A DNA stretch of 64,000 nt from NCBI RefSeq assembly GCF_009914755.1, contig NC_060946.1; one strand, written 5' to 3'. The translations under genes and the position numbers were made by a program. Shown piece by piece: positions 12,310 through 25,104 of this stretch. Positions within the stretch are counted from its first letter, which is position 1; each line of letters opens with the position of its first letter. The notes under the pieces were generated by a model. The model had not been told where the DNA came from and ran no database searches. It was given only the letters and a program-made list of their open reading frames with translations. The DNA is from the human T2T-CHM13v2.0 reference genome, Homo sapiens.

Positions 12310-12582
12310 GGTCTAGATGCCTGGTGATTTTTTTTTCCCTTTTTTCCCTTTGCTTTAAAATGTTAACCACGAATGGATTTATTTCAAACCAAATCACCTT
12401 TCCCCGTTTCCTGGGGAAAGTGTGACAGTTTGCAAAGCCTGTAATTCTTCTCTCCCGAGTTAAGATTTGCTCGAGAGAAATGGTTTTCCCCCAAGTCGCA
12501 CAAAGAGTGCACAGAAGAAAGGAGGGGGCATTAAAAAGAAAAGAAAAGAAAAGAAAAAGCATTTGTCAGATTTGGAGTGCAG

Positions 12583-12637
<55 letters not shown>

Positions 12638-13075
12638 CCAGCAGTTGCTATTTCCCATAACTTTATTTTCACTAGTTACTGCAATTAAAATCACAAGGAG
12701 AAGCCGGGTGTAAATCAAATTTCCTTTAAATTTCACCAGAAAGATGTACATATGACTGTCTTTACTCAGCATGCACCAATAAAAGATATGTGGTCGCCTT
12801 TGGCAGGAGAGGCAGAAATAAGCAATTTAGGATCTTAAAAGATAAAAGATAATAAAAGTAATTAAGATAATTAACCACCCTGAAGAGAGAAGAATTTACT
12901 GCTGTAAATTTTGTATTTTGTTTCGCTTGGCAATATCACAGCTGCCACTCTGCTTAATATACAGCACATCAAGTATCTGAGAGTCTTTTGCTGTCAAAAA
13001 ACATATATAATAAAAATTTTTTAAGAGAAAAGAAAGGAGGGAAGAAGGATGGGGATTGCAATTATGACACTTTAA
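12310..13075. promoter_or_regulatory. Candidate conserved enhancer containing a (GT)25 microsatellite
   Basis: Repeat-free; TGACAG 12423, GTAAATCA 12710, CCAATAAAA 12776, three AGATAA and two TAATTA in 12840-12873. Confidence 0.55.
12586..12635 (+). repeat. (GT)25 microsatellite
   Basis: Read directly. Confidence 0.98.
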
Positions 13076-13834
13076 AAATCTGGTTAATTGAGCTTAGGGC
13101 CAGGTGGGTCCCACAGTGAGGTGGCTTACACTGGCCTGTCTTGCAGACCTGGGAATTATTAATCTTTAGTCTCTCCACGTGTGATCTCTACAGCCATGCA
13201 AGAATCTTATCTGCGGCCCCTGGTAGACCTACCCCTCCTCTTGACCCCCAGTGTTACCAACTCAAATCAGCCCTCATTGTCCCCTCCCGGAACGGTTAGC
13301 TGGTCTCACTCCTGTAATACTGTCTTCACCAGCAAGGAAGAGATTACACCGAAATCTCAATATGACTGTGTCCCTCCCTGCATACCTCTGTCTCAAGTCC
13401 CCACAGGACCCTCAGGAATAATCCTAATTCCTAGTTTTATATTCAAGGTTCTCCAAGATTAGGTCTCTGTCTCAGCCCTGAGTCCCCTACCCTCCTTGCT
13501 ATGTTGACACTGAGTACTGTCAAGCCTCCCTGAGTGATGTGATGTTTCTCTCCACCAGACCCTTTCCCACGTGAGCCATCTGTCAAATTCCTGCTTCACC
13601 AGTCAGCTCAAGTGTCATTAGTTCATGGGAAATGCCCATGGCTGATCTCTTACCCCTAGACCCACCATGGGCACCCCACCCTCCTATGGCACTCGGGCCA
13701 TGCATATGCATGGTAATATTTATCTCCCTTTGGCACATAGTCTATTCACTTGTCTCCACATTTAGTTGAACAGCTATTTCATCCCTACTATGGGCCAGCT
13801 ACCGCACTAGCTATTGTAGATTAAAAGGTAAACT

Positions 13835-14810
13835 CATGCATTCATTTAAAAAATTGCTTATTGAGCACCTATTACATTCCAGTCACTGTTCCAGGTACTG
13901 AAAATAAAGTGTACAAATAAAGAGACAGCACAACTCACGCCTGTAATCCCAGCACTTCGGGAGGCTGAGGCGGGCAGATCACGAGGTGAGGAGTTTGAGA
14001 CCAGCCTGGCCAACATGGTGAAACCCCGTCTCTACTGAAAATACAAAAATTAGCTGGGTGTGGTGGTGGGCACCTGTAATCCCAGCTACTGGTGAGCCTG
14101 AGGCAGAAGAATGGCTTGAAGGAGGTGGATGTTGCAGTGAGCTGAGATCGTGACACTGAACTCCAACCTGGGTGACAGAGCAAGACTCTGTCTCAAAAAA
14201 TAATGATAAATATATAAAATAATAAATATATAAAAAATAATAAAAATTAATAATAATAATAAAAAGAGACAGCACATTTGCCCTGGTGGAACTGAAATTC
14301 TAGTAGTAGACAGAAGAGGCAGCAGACAAGAATCCAGGAACAAATAAATATGTACTATGAGAAGCAGTGATAAGGGCTAAGAAGAAAAATAGAGTGAAGA
14401 AAGAACAGAGAGTTTAGAGTCAAGCAGAGGCATGACAGAGTTGAAGGAATGAGGCCGATGTTTAGCTGGGAGCACGGCGCTCTTGGCAGAGGGCTCAGTG
14501 AGTGCAAAGGCCTGGAGGTGGGACTGAGGCCGGGGTGTGGGAGGGGCTGCAAGGAGACTAGAGTGGCTGGAGCAGATCAGTGAGGGCGATAGTAGGAGGG
14601 CAAATCCAAGAGGACCTTGTGGAACATTCTAAGACTCTGGCTTCTCCCCAGGAAAAGGAGGATCTGTCTTACTTTCCAGCTCAGCTTGTGCTGCTCTGGG
14701 GGCGGGGGGTGGGAGGGAATGCAAGGTGGGGAAGGGAGAAGGGAAGAGACCAGGGAGGAAGCTTTTGAAGCTGTTCAGGCTACAGAGGATGGTGACCTGT
14801 ATGGGACATT
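13835..14810 (-). mobile_element. L2 LINE 3' region interrupted by an Alu
   Basis: CATTCATT..TTATTGAGCACCTA..; GTGCAAAGGCCTGGAGGTGGGA. Confidence 0.8.
13933..14262 (+). mobile_element. AluSg-type SINE, slightly 5'-truncated, long AT-rich tail
   Basis: Perfect 14-bp TSD AAAGAGACAGCACA (13919-13932 and 14263-14276). Confidence 0.95.
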
Positions 14811-14879
14811 GAATGGCTTGAATATCTAGCACCTGCCTGGAGCATGGGAGACTTTCAATTTGGGTGTTTGCATAAGAGC

Positions 14880-14952
14880 ACGCATGCGCGCGTGCACATA
14901 GACACACACACACACACGCACACACGCACACACGCACACACACGCACACACA
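14880..14952 (+). repeat. (CA)n/(CACACACG)n alternating purine-pyrimidine tract
   Basis: Read directly. Confidence 0.9.
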
Positions 14953-15484
14953 ATCTAAACCTGTATAGCCTGGAATTTAAGTGGTGAGCAGGGCAAGGTC
15001 TTATGGCACTGAGACAGCACATTGTTGAATTCTTACAACAAATATATATTGTGCACCATTTGTCGAACCCACAGTTTAATAAGAGAACCTCTCTCATCTC
15101 TTGCACCTTTATATCAAATACGGATGCATCACAGGTGTTCTTGATCTCTTTAATGAATGAATGAATGAGACTCGTAGGAGACACTTGTGAACAAATAGGT
15201 ATAATGAGATAGCTCTAAACCAGAGAAACAAAATAGAAGCAGAGAGTATGCAAGTGCTGCAGGAAAAGATAGATGGCTTCCCAAGAAGGCAGCACCACCC
15301 TGGCCCACCATCCACGCCAGGCACACCCCATTTCTAGGTGTCCCTCTAGCCTTTTACCTCCAAGTCCCTCCTCTCTGAGACCCAGTAGCTGCCTTCCTGT
15401 CTGCATCCCCACGGAGACACCTACCAAAAGAGCCCGTCGAGCACCATGTAAATCTGGACCCAAATGAGGCGGGTGCCTCAAATC

Positions 15485-15645
15485 TCTCAATAATTAGACT
15501 TCAAGTGGCCCCCATAACTCAGCAGCTAATTACCTTGCTGGCTCTGTCAGCTTGGCCCTCCGAGGCAACCAGCCCATTTTCCTGGCAGACTGGCCCATAA
15601 AAATCCCTGAAGGCACATGGATTTACTGTATTTATTTATTGGGAT
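15485..15645. promoter_or_regulatory. Short candidate enhancer (homeodomain, NKX, MEIS and posterior HOX motifs)
   Basis: TAATTA 15491, TCAAGTGG 15501, CTAATTA 15526, CTGTCA 15544, CCCATAAAA 15594. Confidence 0.4.
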
Positions 15646-15879
15646 TTGGAGAAATATACCTGGTACCCAGAGGCCTTGGGATGTGGGGACATAATATTGA
15701 AATGTAGGTTGTTAAAATGAGGGAGAATTATAAGTAAGAGGCAGCAGGACCCAGCTCTCCCAGGTAGCAGGAAAGAGGCCACTGGTAATTAGGGACCAGA
15801 TTTGAATGTGATGTGGAGAAGCCATGTGAAAGTACCCCCAGAGGAGGGCAGGCATGGCCCCTGGTCCCCAGTTCCATTT

Positions 15880-16535
<656 letters not shown>

Positions 16536-16609
16536 GAGTATAGGATCAGATGTTACAGACTGGGGATGGTGGCCTCTGGCTTTTGCTCATTCCCCTTCTT
16601 CTGACTGCA

Positions 16610-16810
16610 ACACCCTTCTCGGTCAGTTCAAAGCATTATTTCATTGGATTTCATAGCCACCCAATGAGATGAGCATTCTTCCTATCCCCATTTTAAAGGT
16701 TAGGACATTGAGGTTCCAAGAGGTTAAGGAATTTCACTATGAACTGCGGTTGTTCAGGGAGAAAGGCATAGCAGTAGAGGTTGAACCAGGTGTGACTGTC
16801 TCCACAACCC
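16610..16810 (-). mobile_element. MIR SINE
   Basis: ATCCCCATTTTA...TGAGGTTCCAAGAGGTTAAG. Confidence 0.7.
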
Positions 16811-17079
16811 CTCTTGTCAGCCATTGCTCAAGGGGTGGTGAGGGTACAGTGCCTGGTCTTGGATAGCCACAGCCCTCCAACGTGCAGGGTCAGAGCCATC
16901 TGAGGCTCCACAGATATGTGCTGAGAGGGCGCCCTTCACACTTCCAGCAAAGAGAGGCCCTGGGAATCATTTAGTCCACCCTCTCATGGTACATATAGGG
17001 AAATGATGGTTTCCCCATATTGCCCCCATATTGCCTGAGGTCACAATGTGTTTTTGTGGCAGAGCAGGGACCAGCATGA

Positions 17080-17262
17080 AAGTAGAATTTGGAGTTCCAC
17101 CAGCCTGGATTGGGCTCCTGGGCCCTGCCCATTTCCTTAACCTCTCGGAGACTCAGTCTTCTCATCTGTAGAATGAGGAGAGTCAGGTCAGCCTGGAGGG
17201 AATAGTGATGAGAAAGCACACATGAAGCACGCCCAGGCACATAGTAAATGTTCAGTAGGTAA
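17080..17262 (+). mobile_element. MIR SINE
   Basis: CTTAACCTCTC..CTCAGTCTTCTCATCTGTAGAATG..GGCACATAGTAAATGTTCA. Confidence 0.8.
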
Positions 17263-17274
17263 TGACAGAGGGCA

Positions 17275-17505
17275 CGTATTGAGCACATTCTTCAGGCGAG
17301 ACCCCACGCTAAGCACTTTACAGGCGGCATCTCATTTCGTCTTCACCACAGGTGTGAGGAAGTTAGCATCCTTAGTTCAAGTTTACAGAGAGTAAGTCAA
17401 GCTCAGAGGCATTAGTCACTTGCCTGAGATCATACAGCCACCCAATGGGAGAGCCAGAATTTGAACCTGGCTCGATCTGACCTCAGAATCTGCATTCTCT
17501 GTCAT
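17275..17505 (-). mobile_element. MIR SINE, tail-to-tail with the previous MIR
   Basis: TATTGAGCAC..CTAAGCACTTTACA..GCTCAGAG..CACTTGCCTGAGATCATACAGC..TTTGAACCTGG. Confidence 0.85.
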
Positions 17506-17609
17506 CCTACTGGAATGGTGGTTTCCTCATATATAAAATGGGAAGAGCCAGGCCAGTGGTCATCTTGCAAACCACTGCTGTATGCAAGGCTGACAGTTGG
17601 AATAGGGCA

Positions 17610-18515
17610 TAGATGGGTAAATGGAAAGGAGGATTGAAGGGTGAGGGGTGGGTGGGCAGATGCATGGATGGATGGAGTGGTGGATGGGTCAATGGGTTGA
17701 TAAATGGGTGAGTGGAAGAGTTGATGGGTGGATAATAAATACGTAGATGGGTATCTGAGTGGGTGAACAGGTGGATATTTGTGGATGGGTGAACAACTGG
17801 ATACTGGGTAGGTGGATGGATCGTTGAGTGAGTGAGTGGTTGGATGGATGAATGGATGGATGGATAGATAGATGGTGAGTGAATTGATGGATAGGTGGGT
17901 GGGTGTTTGAGTGGTTGAATGGGTGGATACACAGATATTTGTGGGTGGGTGAATGGATAGATAATGGATGGGCAGATGGATAGTTGAGTGAGTGAGCAGA
18001 TGGATGAGGGATGAGTAGATGGCTGGCTGGATGATGTGTGGGTAGATGGATGGTTGGGTGAGTGGATGGATGGATGAATGGATGAATGAGTGGGTAGATA
18101 GATGGGTAAATCGGTATGTGAGCAGGTGAAAGAGTGGGTAGACGAATGGATGGATATTGGTGTGTGGTAGATTGATGGTTGGGTGAGTGGATGCATGGAT
18201 GGATGAATGATGGGTGGGTGAGTGGATGCATGGATGGATGAATGATGGGTGGGTGAATGAATGGATGTATGGGTGGGTAAGTGGATGAATGTATGGATGG
18301 ATAGATGAGTGAATGAGTAGGTGAGTGGGTGGGTAGGTAGATGGATGAATGGGTGGGTGGGAAGATAGGCAGGTGGGTGACTAGTTGGATGTGTAGGTAA
18401 ATGGATGGATGGATGGATGGATGGATGGATGGATGGATGGATGAATGAGGGTGTGTATAGTTCAGTGAGTAGGACGGTGGATAGATGAGTGAGTAGATGA
18501 GAGGGTGGGTGGATG
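17610..18515 (+). repeat. About 900-bp degenerate (TGGA)n/(TGGG)n tetranucleotide tract
   Basis: Read directly; pure (ATGG)10 at 18401-18440; exact 35-bp tandem duplication at 18181-18250. Confidence 0.95.
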
Positions 18516-18710
18516 GGAAGAAGAAAGATAAAAGTTGAAATACTCCCTGCATGCCCAAGTGTTGTTTCTCCCTCTGAAAGGCCATTCCTACCTCTGAATG
18601 GCAACTGTTTCCCTCCCATTTCTTGGTCACTACAGGCATTTCATGCACTGTCAGGTTCCCAGAACTTCAGCTAGGGTCCCACCATGTACATGCCTCTCTG
18701 CACACGTGCG

Positions 18711-18762
18711 CACACACACACACACACACACAAACATGCACACACACACACAGAGAGAGAGA
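18711..18762 (+). repeat. Interrupted (CA)n(GA)n microsatellite
   Basis: Read directly. Confidence 0.9.
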
Positions 18763-19195
18763 ACAACACAAAGGCTCCTCCCACCACAAATGTTCTGGAG
18801 GTGGTCTACTGGACTTCTCATATCTCAGCACAAGCCCCAGAGCCAAAGGACTTAAACACCTGGTTTTGCAAAACAAATTATTCATTCTATAGCATGTCTC
18901 TCCCAAACAAACCTAAAGGAGGGAATTATATTCTATTTTCTATGCTTCATGTTGAAAAAAAGTGTTATCTACTCTGAGTTCCTCCTACTGTTAAGTTCTT
19001 CCCCATTGGGAATAGAGTTCCAGTGGCCACCCAGGCCGAGGTGTCTGTACTTTCCCAAACTGAGGGATCTCACTGGAATTTTCTTTAGAGAGTCAGAGAG
19101 ATCTAAGACCAGCTGTATGCCTCTGGATTTCACACTCACCTCACTGGGCCTTGGTTTCTGCCCTGGATTCCAGAACTAAAAGGCTGACAGTCTTG

Positions 19196-19381
<186 letters not shown>

Positions 19382-20780
19382 ACATAGATACCATGTAGAT
19401 AACATATGCCTCACCCATGTCATAGGAGTATCAGTGTGGACCAGCTCCCTGAAAACCCTGTGTTTTCTGGGGGGCAAAATGAGATCTCGTCGAAAGAGTG
19501 CTAAGGCAGCCCTAGGTCTTAGTTCCCACCACTCCACCTAACTTGCTATGTGACCTTGGGCAAGTGAGTCACTCACCCTCTCTGGGCCAAAATTACCTTA
19601 CTTAAAAATACCTAGGTTGGTGTAAACCAGTAGTTCCCCACCTTTTATGGAATAGACATCATTCTTTCTTTTGTTTTTCTTTAAAATTAATAAGCCTGGA
19701 CTAAGGATTTATATATATCATCACATATAAGCAGTGCCATGCCAACCCTGAGAGGCGGCATTTTATACCCCCATTTTACAGGACAGAAAACAAAGGAGGA
19801 GAAAGAGTTGAAGGCCAATGGCGCATGGACAGAGTCCACACTCAAATTCTGTGTAAATATAACTCTGCTGCAATAATGTGATTGCCCCAGAATGCATTTT
19901 GAAAACTTGCTTCTCTATTCTGTAACATAGCATCGGTGTCTCTCCACGTCATTTCATGCTTCTGTCTCTGCACAGTCAGTAGCAGCATTGTGTTTCAGTG
20001 TGTGGGTGCCCCCACGATAATCCCCTCTCCATGGGCATTTAGGTTGAGTCTGAATGAAAATCATTTTAAGGGCAAAATATTTTCCAGTCCTTCCCAGGGC
20101 TGGGACAGGAGGTCTTTTCAGAGTCTGTGTTTGGAGATTGTTACAACACAAACCAATGGGTATTTCCCAAGTAATGATAAGAACTCAAGAACTATGCATC
20201 TCAGTTGCTTCCATCATTGGAGCAATGGGCAGCTATGTGGTGAGTCTTGGGAGGAATCTGGAAAGCAAACAGACATGGACGTCCTGATTGTCACCTCTTC
20301 CTCCTCTTCTTCTCCCCACTCTGATTCTCAAAGCTCATGCCTGGCCCAGGACCCACGACCACCCGCCTAATCCACTAGCAGCCCTGCTTCAGTTCCCAGC
20401 TTGCAGGAGCATTTGGAATGAGCCAACCACCAGAGACAGATCCTTCCAATTTCTCTGGAATATCCACTTCTAACCCCCATAGGAGAAGAGTGGCTGCAAA
20501 GAGAAACAGCCTGGTCCTAAAAGTGGGATTTTAATGCTTACACTGCATTAAATGCTTACACTGCTTTCACTCACTGGATAATCTTGAGCAAGGCAGTTTA
20601 TCCTCTGCAGGCCTCAGTCTCTTCATCTGTAAATTGGGAGTAATAATAATTTTTATCAATAACCACCCTCTCCACAGTCCTGGGGCCAGCCACATGACTT
20701 AGCATCTCAAAGCCTCAGTTTATGTGCCCATAAAATGGGTTAATAATGACAACAGGCCTCACTGTGTTACTCTGAAACTT

Positions 20781-21083
20781 TTTTCTCTCTCTCTTTTTGA
20801 GACTCTGGAGTCTCACTCTGTCACCCAGGCTGGAGTGCAGCGGTGAGATCTAGGCTCACTGCAACCTCCTCCTCCCGGGTTCAAGCGATTCTCCTGCCTC
20901 AGCCTCTGGAGCAGCTGGGATTACAGGCATGCACCACAGCGCCCAGCTAATTTTCGTATTTTTAGTAGAGACGGGGTTGCACCATGCTGGCCGGGCTGGT
21001 CTCCAACTCCTGACCTCAAGTGATCTGTCCGCCTCAGCCTCTCAAACTGCTGCGATTAGAGGCGTGAGCCACCGCATCTGGCC
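20781..21083 (-). mobile_element. AluSz/Sx SINE
   Basis: Full dimer; TSD TCTGAAACTT on both flanks. Confidence 0.95.
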
Positions 21084-21113
21084 AGTCTGAAACTTCAATA
21101 CAGTCACAGATAC

Positions 21114-21429
21114 CAGAGGCCAGCAAAAGTTTTCAGTAAAGGACGAAATAGTAAATATTTTCAGGCCAGATGTCCTCTGTTGCAACTTCTCAACTCCGCC
21201 ACTGTGGCATGACAAAGAGCAACGTTAGATGAAACGTAAAAGAATGAATTTGGCTGTGTTCCAATCAAAATGTATTTATGGACACCGAAATTTGAATTTC
21301 ATATATTTTTTATGTGTCACAGAATATTATTCTTCTTTTGATTTTTTTGCAGTGATTTAGATATGTAAAATTACTTTTAGCCCACAGGTCCTGTAAAAAC
21401 AGATAGCTGATGTAGTTTGCAGACCTCTG
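21114..21429 (+). mobile_element. MER58B-like hAT-Charlie element
   Basis: CAGAGG..CAAA / TTTGCAGACCTCTG termini; GTAAATATTTT; GGCTGTGTTCCAAT; TSD ACAGATAC/ATACATAC. Confidence 0.85.
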
Positions 21430-22059
21430 ATACATACATAAGTAACACTGTGCCTGGCATGTAGATCGCAGGAAATGTTCAGGTTTTTCCTCTCTATTTC
21501 CACTTAAATTTAGAACTTTAGAGGTCATTTGTCCAGTAGTATTTCCATTTCCAGAAACTCATCCATCAGACCCCCCAGAGTTGGCTGCTAGCTTTCTGAA
21601 TATCAACTTTCCAGGATAGAGTACTTGCTTTCAGCCCTCAAATCACTCTTCCATCTGTGACCGGTCTATCAGACAGCGACTTTACAAGGAAACACATATT
21701 CATAGTGAACACATTTCAGCACTTCTTTACAATTTTTATCTCCCTAAATGCTCATGTCATATCCTATTATAGAAGCTGTTGTTATTGTCCCCATTTTGCA
21801 GATGAGAAAAATGAGGCCAGAGACGGGGAGTTGTTTACCCAAGGGTTGCACTGCTGGGACCCAGGCAGTCTAGACCCAATGATAGGTCTCTGTGGTGGCT
21901 GAGGTCTTTCTCCTTCTGCCAGCTTGGAAGTCAGGGCACCATCCACCCCCTGACACCCCCAAACCAACACCCCAGAGATCACACCCTAGGAGTTCCACCC
22001 CGTTGCACCCATTCCCCATGATTCAGTGAAGCTGAGCTGTTTTGCAGGCAAGAACATCA

Positions 22060-22500
22060 TTCTTACAGGGAAGCGAGGTTTCTCTGGTGATGGTAGCGAT
22101 TCGGGCGGGGGGAGCGGGGACGGGCGTTGGCAGGCAAGAAATCAGCACATAAACAATTAAAATAAGATTTAAAAAATATATATTGCTTCCTCTGCACACG
22201 CGAGCTGCAGATCGTGGCAGAAGATCTCACAGAGGCTGAGCGCTGTTCTGTCCCTGGAACGTGGAACACATTCGGCTAATTGAAGCCTCGATGTAGTGTG
22301 GCTGGCGGGTGGGGGGACTTCAGGAGTGATCCATCTACCCTGGCAGTCTCATTCCGGGAGGCAAGCGAAGGAGGCCTCCTAGAGCTCCGTGCAAGACTAA
22401 TATCTCCGCAGTACATGGAACGAGAAGCAGGAACACCCTCGTTTGTTTTTTGGTATTTTTTTATAGGACTGACGTGGCAGTTTTTCCCGATTTTTCAAAG
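22060..22500. promoter_or_regulatory. CpG-retaining candidate enhancer or promoter-like element
   Basis: GC box/G4 22103-22124; overlapping ATAAACA/AACAAT/CAATTA 22149-22159; CTAATTG 22276; TGACGTGG 22470. Confidence 0.5.
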
Positions 22501-22599
22501 CCACACTTACTTACTGCTCTTTGTACCTCTTGAGAGAAACGGGACCCCCAAATCTTTGTCTGCTTCACAGAGTGATGGGGGAGGAAGATTAGAAGATAG

Positions 22600-23210
22600 A
22601 ATTATCGCATTTTAAAAATATCAAATTCTCTGTGTTTTATATTTACATGCAATTAAAACAAATTATAAACGCACAGAAGGGGATAAAATGCAAAGGTCAA
22701 ATCTGTCTCCTTAGAAATAGTAATCCATCCATCTGCCAAGTGTTTATTGAGCACCTACTACAAGCAGGGCAATACTGAGCACCTACTGTGTATTAGGCTC
22801 TGGGGATGGAGAAGTGAACAAAACAGCAAAGTCTCTGCCCCAATTCCCACCCTCAGAGGTAATCAATGTTAACTGTTCCCTGCATTACCTTTCTAGAAAT
22901 GATTTGTGAATAATCTCTCTCTCTCTTACACTCACACACACATATTTATCTTTTTGAAATGAATTAGATCATACCAGATATACTAATCTGTACCTTGGTG
23001 TGACTTTTTCTTTAATTTAATAATATATTTGGGGCATTTCTTTCCATTTTAACAAATAAAAAATCGACCTCATTTTTGTCTAAATAGCTGTGTGATACTT
23101 CAAAGCGTGCCTATAGCAACATTTAATTAATCCCCCGTTGATGGACATGTTCATTGCCTCTGGCTTTAGTCTGTTGCAACCAATGTGGCAGTGAACATCC
23201 CTGAGCAAAA
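22600..23210 (-). mobile_element. Old L1ME-type fragment with a nested L2 piece (22725-22840)
   Basis: CAGAGGTAATCAATGTTAAC..; CCCCGTTGATGGACAT..; GCAGTGAACATCC. Confidence 0.65.
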
Positions 23211-23299
23211 GGTCTGTTATCATAAATAAGGAAGGAGCTCAGAGATGACCTACGTGGTCGTCATTCATGTTGCTCACTTCATATGCCCTGTTCTTCTCC

Positions 23300-23637
23300 A
23301 GGACTCATAGTAGAACTCCACTTCCTTGCCCACTTAGAGAGAGGTGTGGCTGCGGGACTGGCCTTGATGCCATATGTCGTATTGTGCATGGAAGCTTCGG
23401 GATGGTGGTCTTCTGCTCTCTTTTCTTTCTGGGACAGTGACCAACCATACTCCAGAAGGTGACTGCTCTACCCCCCCAAAGTTCTAAACTACAGGTAATG
23501 GAAATGAGCAGCACATCCTCCAGCCAACCCACAGTGGACATGCAGTGAGAGCCAGAAACAAACATGTTGTTTTGTACCATTGGGATTTGGGGGCTGTTTG
23601 TTACTGCATCATAGCCCAGTTTATTCTGACATATACA
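23300..23637 (+). mobile_element. MLT1J/K-type MaLR LTR
   Basis: 3' end GATTTGGGGGCTGTTTGTTACTGCATCATAGCC..CTGACATATACA. Confidence 0.7.
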
Positions 23638-23689
23638 AGCTACTACAATTTTTCTATTTCATAGACAGGGACATGAAGGCTACATTTAT

Positions 23690-24312
23690 TGCCTCCAGTC
23701 CCTGAAGTGTAAATCTTGATAGCTCCCCACCTCCCACATGTTAGAACGCAGGCTCCTTAGCATGTTATTCAAAGCACTAGTTATTTTACAACAACCTACT
23801 AATCATTTCAGTCTATTTCCACCAGGTTTATCCTGTGCCTCAGCCACATGTAAGAATGGCCCATAGCTACACATTCTCTAACTCAATTCATGCTGTTCCC
23901 TAGTCCTGGGCTGTGCTTCCCTGCCTTTGCTTCAGAAAGAACTCCTACTCATCCTTCAATACCAGGTCAAAATGGTGCCCATCTATCAAGGTTTGCCTGG
24001 CCCTCCCAGACAGCTGCTTCCTCCTCAGTGCTTCCCTAACACCTTAAAAAGCCTCCCCTATGGGGAATGTATCACACTCCTTCCTGATTTTCTGTTTATA
24101 TGCCTGTTTTCCCCACCCCCAGATTGTGAGCTTCTTGAGGGCATGGATATTATCTTATTCATCTCTTCCCAGTGCCCAGCACAGGGACTGGCACACAGTG
24201 GGGTGCTTGGTAAATGTTATTATACCATGAATGAATGAATGGATGGATGAATGCATGGATGGATGGATGGATGGATGGATGGATGGATGGATGGAAAGAT
24301 GAATGGATGGAT
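23690..24312 (+). mobile_element. L2 3' region with tail expanded into (GAAT)n/(GGAT)n
   Basis: AGATTGTGAGCTTCTTGAGGGCA...CTGGCACACAGT...; tail 24228-24312. Confidence 0.85.
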
Positions 24313-24517
24313 GATTCTTGATCTTCCAGCCCTGTCTACTTACTGTGCTAGTCTCTCCTTCCACATTCCTTCCAGCATTTCATTGCTGAATAGCAAGTGC
24401 ATGATTCGTGAGTATAAATTCTTGCCCTCAGACACAAATGGGCAAAACAGTGATGATGAATAGAAGGTTCAGGATGCCAAAGCGATCCCTTTAAACATAT
24501 CAGCAAGGTCTTCACGG

Positions 24518-25104
24518 TAAAACAGTGAGGCCAACTGGCAGTTCTTCAAAAAGTTAAACATACCCAATGGCCCAGCAATTCCAGTCCTAGGTATATACCC
24601 AAGATAATTGAAAACAGGGACTCAAACAAATCCTTGTTCACAAATGTTCTTACCAGCATTATTTATAATAGTCATAAGTTGAAAATAACCCAAATGTCCA
24701 TCAACAAATGAATGGATAAACAAATGGTGGTCTATTTGTGCCATGGAATATTATTCAGCCATGAAAAGGAATGAAGTACAGATTCGTGTTACAACAAGAA
24801 TGAGCCTTGAAGACATTATGCTAAGAGAAAAAAGCCAGTCACAAAAGGCCACATATTGTATGATTCCATTTACCTAAAATATGCAGAACAGGTAAATTCA
24901 TGAAAAGCAGAATGCAAATACTAGTGATTGCTGGAGGGGGAGATGAGGATTGACTGCTTAACGGGTGCAGGGGTTTATCTTGGAGTGCTGGGAATGTTTT
25001 GGAACTAGACAGTGGTGGTATTTGGACAACATTGTGGATGTGCCAAAGGCCACTTTAAAATGGTTAATACTGCGTTATGTGAATTTTATCTTAATTGTTT
25101 AAAA
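24518..25104 (+). mobile_element. L1MB-type 3' end
   Basis: CCCAGCAATTCCAGTCCTAGGTATATACCCAAGA; CCCAAATGTCCATCAAC; GAAGACATTATGCTAAG. Confidence 0.9.

Noticed and set aside
14960-15140. Possible old DNA-transposon fragment
   Set aside because: Could not assign a family or termini with confidence
17507-18648. 370-aa and 319-aa minus-strand ORFs
   Set aside because: Translations of the (TCCA/CCCA)n tract, which rarely contains stop codons; His/Pro/Ser/Ile low complexity with no domain
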